Assembly: GCA_051942205.1 (NCBI GenBank) | Contig: JAVECO010000030.1 | Coordinates: 1-64,000 of the forward strand | DNA: 64,000 nucleotides | Direction of reading: 5' to 3' | DNA from: Coniocarpon cinnabarinum | Taxonomy: Eukaryota | Part shown: positions 1-11,000 of the stretch, piece by piece | Layout: each line of letters starts with the position of its first letter | Numbering within the stretch: position 1 is the stretch's first letter | Position numbers and translations under genes: made by a program | Notes under the pieces: model-generated | Seen by the model: the letters and a program-made list of their open reading frames with translations, nothing else | What the model was told of the DNA's origin: nothing | Databases searched by the model: none

Positions 1-158
1 GGTGGAGTCGGCGTCTCTGGGACGGGAGGCGCAGGATACTCGCGTCCGTCGTCATGTATGGAATCTGCTGAGGGAAAGGGAGGTGGAGGTGGAGTCGGCG
101 TCTCTGGGACGGGAGGCGCGGGATACTCGTGTCCGTCGTCATCTTGTACAGAATCTGC
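1..158. repeat. 87-bp coding tandem repeat (at least ~2 copies; may continue left of the window)
   Basis: GGTGGAGTCGGCGTCTCTGGGACGGGAGGCGC..GATACTCG.GTCCGTCGTCAT begins at 1 and again at 88; period is a multiple of 3. Confidence 0.9.
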
Positions 159-737
159 AGTCGGAAACTGTACGAGATGATCGTACGGTGATGCTGGAGG
201 GACATGGAGGCTTTGTAGCAGATCGCTGTGATCTGCTGCCCCTTGTTTACTGCACTCAACGGCGTCCTCACCGTTGGTGGTTGCTTCAGTCGTTTCATCC
301 CTGTTCTGCGCGACCTCTGGTACCAGTAGGCTGCCCAAGAGGTCACTAGGCGCCGAGAGGGAAGGTTCAAGGTAACTTTGAGGAGCTACCGGGGATGCCT
401 CCAGGATCCTTGGGTCGAAGCAAATCTCTGGAGGTAAGTCCTCTGCGGCAAAGAGGTCGTACAGCGGCTGGTCGTTCGTCGAGGTAGGCGCTGTGTCCTC
501 GGTGACGCTTGGTTGTCCAAAGATGTCAAAGGGAACGGGTGAGTAGGCGAGGAAAGGTTGCTGCCAGTAGTCGATGCTGCCAGCATGGTCGAGCCAAGGG
601 ACTGTGTGTGATTCCGGCTCCTTTTCGGAGCTTACATGGTTCACAGGCATATCTTCCTCGGAGTAGACCCTCTCTTTGGAGGCGCCAGAGCTGGTAAGTG
701 CGGAGAAGACAGACTCCCAGAGGCTGACAGGATGCAT
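1..737 (-). CDS. Hypothetical Pro/acidic-rich protein with 29-aa tandem repeat (3' end runs off the window)
   Basis: Minus-strand frame is open from ATG at 737 (MHPVSLWESVFSALTSSG...) to position 1 with no stop; ends ...DDDGHEYPAPPVPETPTPPPPFPSADSIHDDGREYPAPPVPETPTP. Missing from the ORF track because there is no stop in the window. Confidence 0.55.
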   Translation of the reverse strand, partial: MHPVSLWESVFSALTSSGASKERVYSEEDMPVNHVSSEKEPESHTVPWLDHAGSIDYWQQPFLAYSPVPFDIFGQPSVTEDTAPTSTNDQPLYDLFAAEDLPPEICFDPRILEASPVAPQSYLEPSLSAPSDLLGSLLVPEVAQNRDETTEATTNGEDAVECSKQGAADHSDLLQSLHVPPASPYDHLVQFPTADSVQDDDGHEYPAPPVPETPTPPPPPFPSADSIHDDGREYPAPPVPETPTP

Positions 738-2543
738 CGTGACTGAAGAAAGACAAGAGTCTGAAGTCACTCTTGATAGTGGGGAGGAAGATTGGCGAAC
801 ACAGGCAGGTAGCGTTAAGCTTGACTTATTGACGATGATGAACCGTGCAAAATTGCTGAGCAGATGAGAAAGTGTGTGACGAGACGAGCCGTAAGAGTTT
901 TATGAGCTGCGTACCAGCAAAGAGTTGCGAAAAGTTGTCGAGAAAGAACTTCGGCGTTGCAAAAGAAAAGTAGGAAAGGACGTGCCCACCACTGTGAAAT
1001 ATGTGCGCATCTCGTTCAAGGCAAAAGGTGGACAACCCATACGCGTAGAGTCTGAAAAGGGATAGTGTAATCTTCTGCCTCTTGCAAAGCTTTCCAGTCG
1101 ACCATACAGCCTCGAGAATTGTGGCAGAACACCTTCTAAGCGAGTTGACCGCGTGGGAGCGACAGGGGAATAGCCCATCAGCTTCATGGCAATAGGTGAT
1201 ACTTGAAACGGCGCACATCTTTGTCTGCTGTTTTGCAAAAGACGACTGAGAGGCGCGAGTCGGCAACATGCGACCCTCATCAAATGCTGAATCACTCAGG
1301 GTTACAAGTATCGCAGAGGGTGTCCACGCCATGCTAACTTTCAGAGGTCCTCATATGTCAAGGTCGTGTTTCCGTATCTGCTTGGCTGGGGCACTGGAGC
1401 GATCGCGACCTCTATTCACCATAGATAATTGAGAGGTGTGGCTAGACGATAAACATGCTCCCGTCTGCTGTGCGAAGATCATCGGCGTGCAATACGCGAG
1501 ACATGCTGCGCGGTCTAGGATGTATGAGGCTCCTCGTAACGTGCCCTCCACTCTAACGCAAAGGTGAGTAAGGCCATCAACAAACTATCAGAGAGATGCG
1601 GAACGCCGAAAGTCATACAAGACGTTGTCCACGAAGCAGCAGATTCCACTCGCTGCATTTTCAATCGCGTGTGTTGTCGGCTGCCGTCTATTCAGATCTT
1701 GCAAATGCAATCAAGACTCCTAAAAGCCTCTCACTCCACTGGAAAAATTGCACATAGTGCACTGCTACAGCCTATATGCGCAACAAACAATGGGATCTTC
1801 CGCTCACCCATATATTACAAATTACATTCCGGGGACATCAGAAGGATCCAGCGACTCCCTTAGAGCGAGAACGTCTCGAAACAAGGATGAAACCAACGTT
1901 GCTGAAGTTGAAAGTGATATTGCACCGGAAGAGAATGCAGTAGCCACGCTCACAATGATAGCCGCTACAGGCACCCTCTTGGCGTTTAGAATGATCGAAT
2001 TTCTGCGCTCAGCACTGACTTCCATGACGATGCCAGCCCTCAGCACTGACGCCGAAAGTGGATAACACAGCCCATACGATGTTGCAATGCCCCCAGCGAT
2101 GAACGGACACCTTCGAATTAATATGGGCTCGTGCATTAGCGTGTTTCACATCACAAACAATGTCCATGTCACGTGCTTGTTGCTGCTGTGCTGCAGCCTT
2201 CCATCATCGACAGATTTGCAAAGGTATGAACGAGACAAAGTAATAACTGTCGCAAGCCACATTGCTTCCTACGTGCGATGTTGTCGTCGAATGATTTAAA
2301 AGTAGAGTGCTGAAGAGCTTCGCGTTGGAAACGTATGCCGTGGTTTGTAGTTTGCACTGCCATCGTGATGCTCCTGCGAAGGTACAAACGCCCTGTATCT
2401 GATTGCTGTCAATCATGCGGGTAAGCGCGCTAGTGCCGCTCTTATGTGCACTTTTCATGATGCGTCTGAAAACGTCGTGAAGCGATAAGGACGGCCCCAA
2501 CCTGCTGTGCCTCCTGCATTTCGCCTTCCACCTCTGCTTCTGA

Positions 2544-4880
2544 ATGGCCGGCAAGAAGAACAAGAGAGCCACAAAGCCGAGCAATCTTTGGGGCTCACTA
2601 GCGACCTCACCTGTAGAGTCACATGGTCAAGCACTCTCACCTACATCTCAGACTCCACCAGAATTACACGCAGACCCAGACCAGCCACAGTCACAGATGG
2701 TCTCTCTTTCAGATCCTCCTACATACAGCTTCGATCGATTTTCTGCATCCGCTATGGACGAGCTTGATAGACCAGAACGCGTAAAATACTTGTCCGTCAT
2801 CGACAAGATCCGTGAAACTGGAGTGACGAAGGACATCTCTCTCCCTCAGGTACGTTGCAATCGCGAACACTGATATTCTCGTTGCTGATCAAAATGACAG
2901 CTCGTGGTCGTTGGCGATCAATCGAGCGGCAAGAGCTCCTTACTGGAGGGCATCACTGGGCTTGCGTTCCCTGTATCAAGCGATGTCTGCACCCGCTTCG
3001 CAACGCAAATCATCCTGCGGCGTTGCCCTCCCGAACAAGCGTCTGCTGAAGTTTCCATCATTCCTGGTCCAAACTCCGTGGGAAATGGCGTGGCTAAAAA
3101 CCACTTGGAAGACTTCAAGCGAACCATTGATCCCTCAAGGTTTGAGAATGAAGCGTTGGCAACAATCTTGAGTGATGCATCCAAGCATCTTGGCTTGCCC
3201 TCAGCTGGCGTCAAACTCGAAGAAAACAACGGCGAGTCGCTCGAGAAACGATTCTCGGAGGATATTGTTCGGATCGAGCTCTCTGGACCAAATCAACGCC
3301 ACTTAAGTGTGGTTGACGTCCCCGGCTTGTTTCACAACCCAACAAAGTTCCAGACTGCGGAAGACAAGGAAATCATTCGAAATCTTGTTCAGGAGTACAT
3401 TGGGGATAAGCGCACAATCATCCTAGGCGTGTGCAGTGCAATAAGCAATTTGGCCACTCAGGAGGTGTTCCAGCTTGCTCGTCAGGCCGACCCCAACGGC
3501 CAACGCACTGTCGGAATAGTCACTAAATGCGATGCTGTTGCTTCCGGAGACGAGCAAAGTGTATTGGATATTGCAACTAACAAATATGAGCCGTTGAAAC
3601 ACGGTTGGTTCGTCGTCAAAAACAGATCGACGAAAGACATCCACGAAAACGTTACCGTCCAACAACGTCACCAAAGAGAATTGTCCTTCTTCAACACCAC
3701 CGCTCCTTGGAACACGATTCCGAAGGAGCGTCGTGGAGTTGGCCCACTCAAGGACTATCTTGGCAAGCTTTTGTCAGACCACGCTCGTTCAGAATTTCCA
3801 GAGTTGGTTCGTGAACTTAAAAGCCGCCGTGAGGAAAGTCTGCAGGCCTTGCAGCAACTTGGAGACTCACGCCAAAATAGTGCCGAGCAACGTACGTTCC
3901 TCGGAGACATCGCCGCAAAGTACGAGAGGCGAGTGCAGGACGTGCTTGATGGCACTTACGATAGGGTCACTCGAGACAACCCAAAGCTAAAGCTGCGCAA
4001 GTTGCTACGTGATCTTGAAGATGGGTTCGAGCAGAAGATGCATTTGCATGGTCACCTTTACCCATTCAAGACTGTCAATGACGAGACTGACAAGGAGTTT
4101 GAACGACCGACGGAGTCCTCAGAGGAGGACATTTACGACTGGATCGAGGACATCTATCTTGACAATCGAGGTACTGAGCTTCCAGGCATGGTAAATCCGT
4201 CCATTGTGCGCATGGCATTTCAGGAGCAGTCAATACACTGGGATGACATTACTTTCGAGTACTTCCAGAAAGCGCTCGATATCATCACAGCATTCCGCAG
4301 TCAGATATTTGAGCTGCTTATCTCCGAAGACGACGTTCGCCAGAATGTCGTGCTGCACTTGGAAGGTCACACCGACACTCTTTTCGACAAGGCGCGCCAA
4401 AGCGTGTCACGCTGCCTCAAAGACGAACGTGATAACATTCTCAAGACCTTGAACGACTACTACAGCGAGACGCTTGAAAAATGTCGAACAGATCGCATTG
4501 AGAAACGTCTCAAGGGGCTTGGATTAGGTGGAAACGACTTCTTCAAAATGCCTTCTTTGAACGCAATCGTTGGGGCTGCAAAGCTAAAGAACACAGACGA
4601 AGCCATCTACAGCATCCACGACGCTCTGAAAGCTTACTATAAAGTCGCTATCAAGCGTTTCGTAGACGCTATTTCGCTTTCAGTAATAGAGACAGATTTG
4701 TTGGGCGACGACGGACCAGTGAAGGTTTTTAATACCCACTTTGTCAACAACATGTCTGATGACCAGCTCGCGAGTATCGCAGCAGAGACGTCCATGACGT
4801 CGATCGCACGAGCTGAGGCTTCTGCAAAGGTGGAGCGCTTGCAGCAGGCACTTGACTTGGCGAAAGGTATCGGAGCCTAA
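2544..4880 (+). CDS. Dynamin-family GTPase, fungal Mx-like/dynamin-like protein; join(2544..2849,2901..4880)
   Basis: The 51-nt intron GTACGT..CTGAT..ACAG joins ISLPQ|LVVVGDQSSGKSS (G1); CTRF (G2), DVPG (G3), TKCD (G4); GED-like C-terminus IHDALKAYYKVAIKRFVD. Confidence 0.93.
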
Positions 4881-5965
4881 CAATGACCTTGAATCTTTCC
4901 GCACGGGTCAGTGGTCAGCTTGGAAACCGTGCTTGGAGCAGATGAGGGTGGACATAGTGCGTTTGAACAAGGGAACGTGCGTGGCAAGATCGAGATAGGT
5001 CGCGAGGAAGAAAAAAAAAACGGGAAGACTGCAAGTGAACTTCCAAAACATGTACCTGTAGCGTTGAGTGGCATCGAATATGAAGTATTTCTCGTTAATG
5101 AACACAACCTTTGCAGTCTAGGGGCGTGCGGCAGTAATAGCGGTTGAATGATTGCCCTCTTAAAATAATGACTGAATGACACTCTACACATTCGGCTACG
5201 CTGCTAAATTTTCAAATGATGTGGATCTCCAAGCGGATCAGCATCGAGACTAATCCAGCTTGAGGTAAGGTCGACCTTGAGCTGGCAGGGCGGCTTACAT
5301 GCATGTTCCAAATGGAAATGGCTCACACGCACAACAAGAGAGCTAGTGGCCTGCCGTGTCAGCTAACACAGGCCAAGCACAGGCACAGGCTCCTGCGCCC
5401 GAGGTCTTCGCGATTTGACCGGACGCCATGAACTGTCGAATGCTTCCAGTCGACCACAATGTACGAGTATGGGCGAATCGAGAGGCCAAGATTCTCTTGC
5501 TCTGGCAATCTTGAGCCAGGGTGGGCGGTAAATCTGGCATCCGGCAGCGATTCGAATCGCTTGCGGGCTCATCACGATCCTGTCGAGGTCAGGAAGGAAA
5601 CAGAGATCTGTCCGTGCACAGCGAAGTCTAGGAATCGCTGCCAGTGTGATTGTAGTGGTGTCACCAGCCCAAATCGTTCTGAACCTGACTACCAGCGGCT
5701 CCATTGTCCACGTCCCTCAAGTTCTGTCCACGTGCCAGCGGAGATGGCTGGTGCGTACTGTAGCTAGCACCGTGGCACCCGGCATTCATTCTTTCTCGGG
5801 CAATTTCCCACGTCACCAACCCCCCCACTCAGAGCGCCGGACACCCCTATGGTTGGCGTACTGGCATCCGTTGGTCCCCCCGCGCCCTGGTCAAAGCGAT
5901 GAAGTAACGTGACTGGGTTTTTCCGTTTTGCCTTTCTACCGCCGGCTGAGCGCCGCATCGAGTCG

Positions 5966-6670
5966 ATGATGGCGGCGTCGTCTGGTGAGGCGTCTGAGAC
6001 GCCTGCATACCCGCCCGCACCTGCCGCCGCAAGCACTAGCACGGGAACGCCCACTCGCCGTAGCACCCGGAGAAACATCACGTCAGCTTGCTTGAATTGT
6101 AAAAGCAAGCACATGAAGGTAAGACACCTCTGGAAGTGTTATGCCTCAGCCATGTCCGAAATTGCTGATGGGTGTGATCGTCTCCAGTGCTCGGGTGATC
6201 AGCCGTGCAAGATGCGCGCTGCAAAAAACGCCGAATGTGTATATTCAGCTCTATCCAGCGATAGCCGTCGGGGCAGAGCTGAACAAGCCGAGTCCCTGAA
6301 GCGTAAGATTGAGCACCTCGAAGATCAAAATTCTAAATTCGAACAGCTTTTGTTGAACCTCCGTCGCTCTTCTACACCTGAAGCTGAGGAGGTCGTATCT
6401 CTCATTCGTACGGGTGCTTCTGTGGAGCAGGTGCTTCACATTTGTGCAGAAAGTGCGGCTCGTGCGACGGTGGTCCCAGGGCTGGACCAAGTGAGAGACT
6501 TTTTGCAGGGGTCTAATGAAGCGTCTAACGAAGAACCCGTCGCATCTGCGGATCTTGCTCCCTTGCTTTCCAATCCTGTACGCAAGCCTTTTCTTCTTCT
6601 GTTTGGGTGTTTCATTACTTTTGTAGACTTTTAAAGTATGAGCTGATGTTTATTACAGCCCTTTGATTAG
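5966..6670 (+). CDS. Short Zn(II)2Cys6-type protein with degenerate 5th Cys; join(5966..6118,6188..6577,6659..6670)
   Basis: After removing intron 6119-6187 (GTAAGA..CTCCAG): ACLNCKSKHMKCSGDQPCKMRAAKNAECVY, then coiled coil LKRKIEHLEDQNSKFEQLL. A second intron 6578-6658 (GTACGC..CTGAT..TACAG) leads to PFD-stop. Confidence 0.75.
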
Positions 6671-6739
6671 CAAGCCTCACGCGGCTGCTCCTCTCGTTGT
6701 GTCACCCCGAAAGCAAGTCTTTCCCGCGCATTATAGGAC

Positions 6740-7240
6740 ATTTGACCGTATTCAGCTCTCTGGTCACTGGCTTTGTTCAATGCAGTACATGGTGATGTAG
6801 ACCCGACCAATCCGTTGATCATTCCAAGTGAGAGCCCCAAGGCGGTGGAGCTGACCATTCACGGGAGCTGGCCAAAGATTGACCTTGAACATACCATGCA
6901 AAGCTTGCTAAAAAAAAAAAATCGTCCTTCCGGCAACAACGCATGGACAGGGCTGCTTGCAAGCTGCTCACTTTCAACCAAAAAAAACTCGCTGTCTTTA
7001 CTAACTCCAGCTACAAACGCTGCATTACGAAAATTTGACACATCTACAAAGGAGAAATATTGCTGGGCTTCCGACTCTTTGGCCTCAAGAGAGGTCAATT
7101 TCATCAGCTTGCGAGCTCAATAAAATCAAAAACGAGCAATCAAAAGACGTCCTCGATCGAATACCGCCAGAGGATGCGTACCTAAAATTCAATTCTAGGA
7201 CGCCCCGAGACCGTTGCACGCTGCTTGGGGGGCGCTCTTA
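6740..7240 (+). pseudogene. Possible decayed BTB/POZ-domain gene fragment
   Basis: FNAVHGDVDPTNPLIIPSESPKAVELTIH loosely resembles the BTB 'F..AL.G.F.E...I.LPE.DP.AV..L' core; broken frames and long A-runs. Weak similarity seen by eye only. Confidence 0.2.
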
Positions 7241-8083
7241 GCTATGGTGCGATATACCGTCTTGGCAGTCCCGTCCTGCGGCGTGAACAAGATCCCGCAC
7301 GGAATTAGTCATGAGATTCCCCCAGTCTATTCTAGGGTACTACTCAGTGCCCTTCAGTCGTCATTGGCTAGTTTTGCAGGGCCAACATCATCAGCCGAGA
7401 CGAGATTCCAGTCGTTGCCGATCCTACAATGTTGGAGAGGATACAGCTTTCCCCAAGTAGCTAGCTGTAGAAACTAATAGCGTGGAGCAAGAGTCGACTC
7501 TGAGTACGAGTCTGCACACTCAAAAGCGTTATTCTAGACGCAAAGTCATGATGTATGTTTGACCAAGGAACAGAGGCCACGCACACTGCGCCGTAGAGAC
7601 AGTATGAATGAGATGGATATTCCGCGAAGAGCCTGCATGAACACCGCGTTCAGATGCAAAGAACAAGATGGTATTGTTTGGCGCCACTCATCCCTCCATC
7701 ACTTTGGTGTCTCGATGGAATCAACACCGCACTGGAGAAGGTACTGAAGCCTCACCGCCTCGAATTCGGCAAAATCTCCTGTCAAACTAGCTGTGGGCGG
7801 TAAAAGACGTATGACGGCGGACGAGCGTGGTACGCGCTCGTCAACCTATCTCACTGTAGGTAGCATTATCGAAAACGCACGTGGATCATCTGTTGTTTCG
7901 CAACCCTGGCGGACGATGACGCTGCATGTCATGACTCGTGCAGCTGCGCGTCTTCACTCGTTCAAGCCTTACTCTGTCGTTCGTCCCCATATATTTCGTC
8001 GCCTCGTCACAGAAGCATTGCTTGCTGTCATCCACATCTCTTCGGTCATGCCACGAGACATCATAAACTGATGACTGGCCTAC

Positions 8084-11000
8084 ATGGCAGCAACACAGAG
8101 CCCAAACTACGCGCGAGCCATCAAGGCCACCAAACTTCCCCCGGTGGACGCTGAGCAGGTCTTCGATGATCTGTTCAAGGAAGTCTGTCAGAGACACCCG
8201 CGGCATGCACCTGGCTCCAGCAAGCATGCCCCGCATTTTTCGGAGCTGTTCAACGGGTCCGCTCTGAGAGATCTATCACAAAGCACCCCCAAGACCCAGC
8301 CAGTAAGCGGAGGGCCTACAGCCGGTGCCGTGAGCCCAGTTCTTGATCATGTCCATGAGCCGCATGAAAAGCCGGTGGAAACACACTGGGCGAGGGAGGA
8401 TGAACTGCTTGGCGACGGCTGCTACGAGTCTGATGCGACAACACACTCAGCCCCTTTAGTAAGACGCCCTGTAGCACACTGACAGCAAGTATGCCTCTGA
8501 CAGTTCATCCAGCTCTTCTCCCAATTTGACATTCTCCTCGGCCTTTGTGACGCAACTACAAGACTCACGTGGACTCACCAAATCCTGACCTGCGTCCGAG
8601 GATTGAGCCCTTTCGTCACCCGCTGTCCTTCTCAAACCTTTGTATACTCGCCGTCATTCTTCCAGCTATACCCCGCTCCGTGGCAGCTTCTCACAATAAA
8701 TCTATTTGATACCTTTCTCGCTGTTGGGGAACGTGTTCCGGGTGCACGACAAGAGGTTCGCCGATGTCTTTCAGACTACACACATGAGTGCCAGAGGTTG
8801 GCGAAGCAGTCGTCAGGCGCTCGTTTCAGCGGCCCGCAGACAAATCACAACAATGACAAGAATTTGCACCTCACATTCACTCTGGCAAGTTCGCTGCTCG
8901 GATTTCTTGAGGCTGCAGGGTGCCATGCTTCTTTTTGGAGTCAAGACGAGCAGCTTGAGATTATCAATACCTTCAGGGATTTGCTGACGGCCGATTTCCT
9001 GCTGAATGTTGAGTCGACAATGTCATCAATACGAAATTGTGAAAGCACACAACATGGGCTCTTGAACCTGAGGCGGTTTGTGAAGTTGTATGATAGGGCT
9101 AGACAACCAATCGGAGCGCTGTCCTTGAAGTTGGCTTTTGCAAAACTCGTCGAACGATGTGCTGCTCTAGTACTTGTGCCGAGCTCGTCCTTGACACAAG
9201 GGTCCACGATTGCTGCGCTTCTGACTTCTAACAAACCGTGCACTTCGAGGTCATTGCATGCGTCCTTGTGGGACGCGCTGCTGGAAATAGCCATGCAGCA
9301 ACTTGCAGACATCGAGGAAGGATCTGACTATCTACAACTTGGTTTCATGTTACAGAGAAGGCATGCACAAGATTTGAAGGCAAGCTGCCTCGTCACGTAC
9401 CTCTGCTGTGTGATCACAGATTCGGAGGCAGCTGACCTAGATACAATGCTTTCTTGGCTTGAGAAGAGTATCGCAGGCCCTTTCCAAGATGCTGATGAGT
9501 CAATATGCTGTACAGCTATCCAGTGCTTCGCGAGGTTGGCAAGTGAGTCTGACAGTGTAGCTTCAATGCTGAGCCGTACTCTACCCCAGATGCTTATCCA
9601 TCAATCGTTATCCGACCAAGTAGGCCGCATTGCAGCAGACTCACTTCTCTATGTGTTGAAGCTTGTCTCTTCCGACATCGTCATAACAACTATCTGGGGA
9701 CTTGGAAATTCGCTAAGCACTACGAAAAGTGAGGTGGGCAAGCAAAATGGGCATGCTGTGAATGGGTTTGACGGCGATCAAAGGTCGTACGTGAAGGAGA
9801 GCACAAGCTCTTCGTCTTCGGTTGGTGACGGGCAGACATCAACAGCTCATAACCGCGATCTCGTTATCAACGCCATTGTGGTGGTCGCGAAAGGCCTCAG
9901 CGATACGAAAATTACTGCACTAGCCATCTCGATGCTGGTTCAGAAAATGGGGAAGATCACACCTTTGGTGGATTTAGCGATCATTCGAGGAACAGCAGAG
10001 CTGGCATGCAAGAATGATGCTGCGCAGTTCAAATCGCTCCTACGTTTTTACAGTCGTCTGATACAGGAAGGCGTATCGGGTGGGCGTGACGACTTGTTAC
10101 AGCCAGTTGGCGAAGCTCTGAGCATCATCTCATCGAGCCTGAAGCCCGGGTCGAGTCTTTACCAAATATACGTGGAATATTTGCTACAGACCATCATCTC
10201 GAAGGGCGATGTTCGCTCTACTTACAGTGAAAAGGCCGAGAGCTTGCAAGCTGTCACTGCCGAAATGGCGGTACTGCTTCATCCGCTCGCCCTGCTCGTA
10301 ACAAAGACGGCAGCCTCTGACCACGCGCAAGACGTCAACACATACCCATCACTCCAACGTGACGCGTGGTATAATCTGGTTTTGCATGGATTCGGCTTCA
10401 GGTCTGCTATAGGACGACGCCACTTCAACGACCTGAAGATGCTTGCGAGGTATAGCGAACCCCTCGTGCCAGTCGATCGTGAGAGTAGGATTGAAAGTCC
10501 GATTGAGTTGAATATGGTTCTGAAGAGAGGGTCTTCGAATCAGAGCACCAGTCAACATAAAAATGAGCTGGTCGAGGCGTTGCCAACCTGTAAAAACGAG
10601 ATCAAGGATCTAAACCACTCGGAAACAATATTTCTCAAAGCCGCACATCTTGTCGAGGTGTTACGTGCGCATTCCGGCGATGCAACGAAAGTCCCGACCT
10701 ATTTTGTGGAACCGCTTCTTCAAGGCACGAATCTTGGTAAATGCATGCGCGCTGTGGCGATGATTGCTGCGGAACATGCTGTTCGACTGACCTTGAACGT
10801 CGATGAGACATGGATGACCTCCTGGGCACTAGCAGAACAGCTTTCTCATCTCCTGCAAAGCTGCTGTCATCGAGTGCCAAAAGTCCAAGAGATTGCTTAT
10901 GCATGCGTTGACCGAATCATGGATCAAGCACCTTCGACTCTATGCCAGAAAACATCACTCATCGCATTACTGGATCTCCTGACGATGATGTGGTCTAGTT

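Noticed and set aside
826..2540. Several 60-170 aa ORFs on both strands between the repeat gene and the dynamin
   Set aside because: No recognisable motifs and no consistent splice model; a small orphan gene cannot be excluded.
4911..5912. Short ORFs (4911-5147, 5363-5704, 5459-5767)
   Set aside because: No motifs or coding-like composition; likely UTR or promoter sequence.
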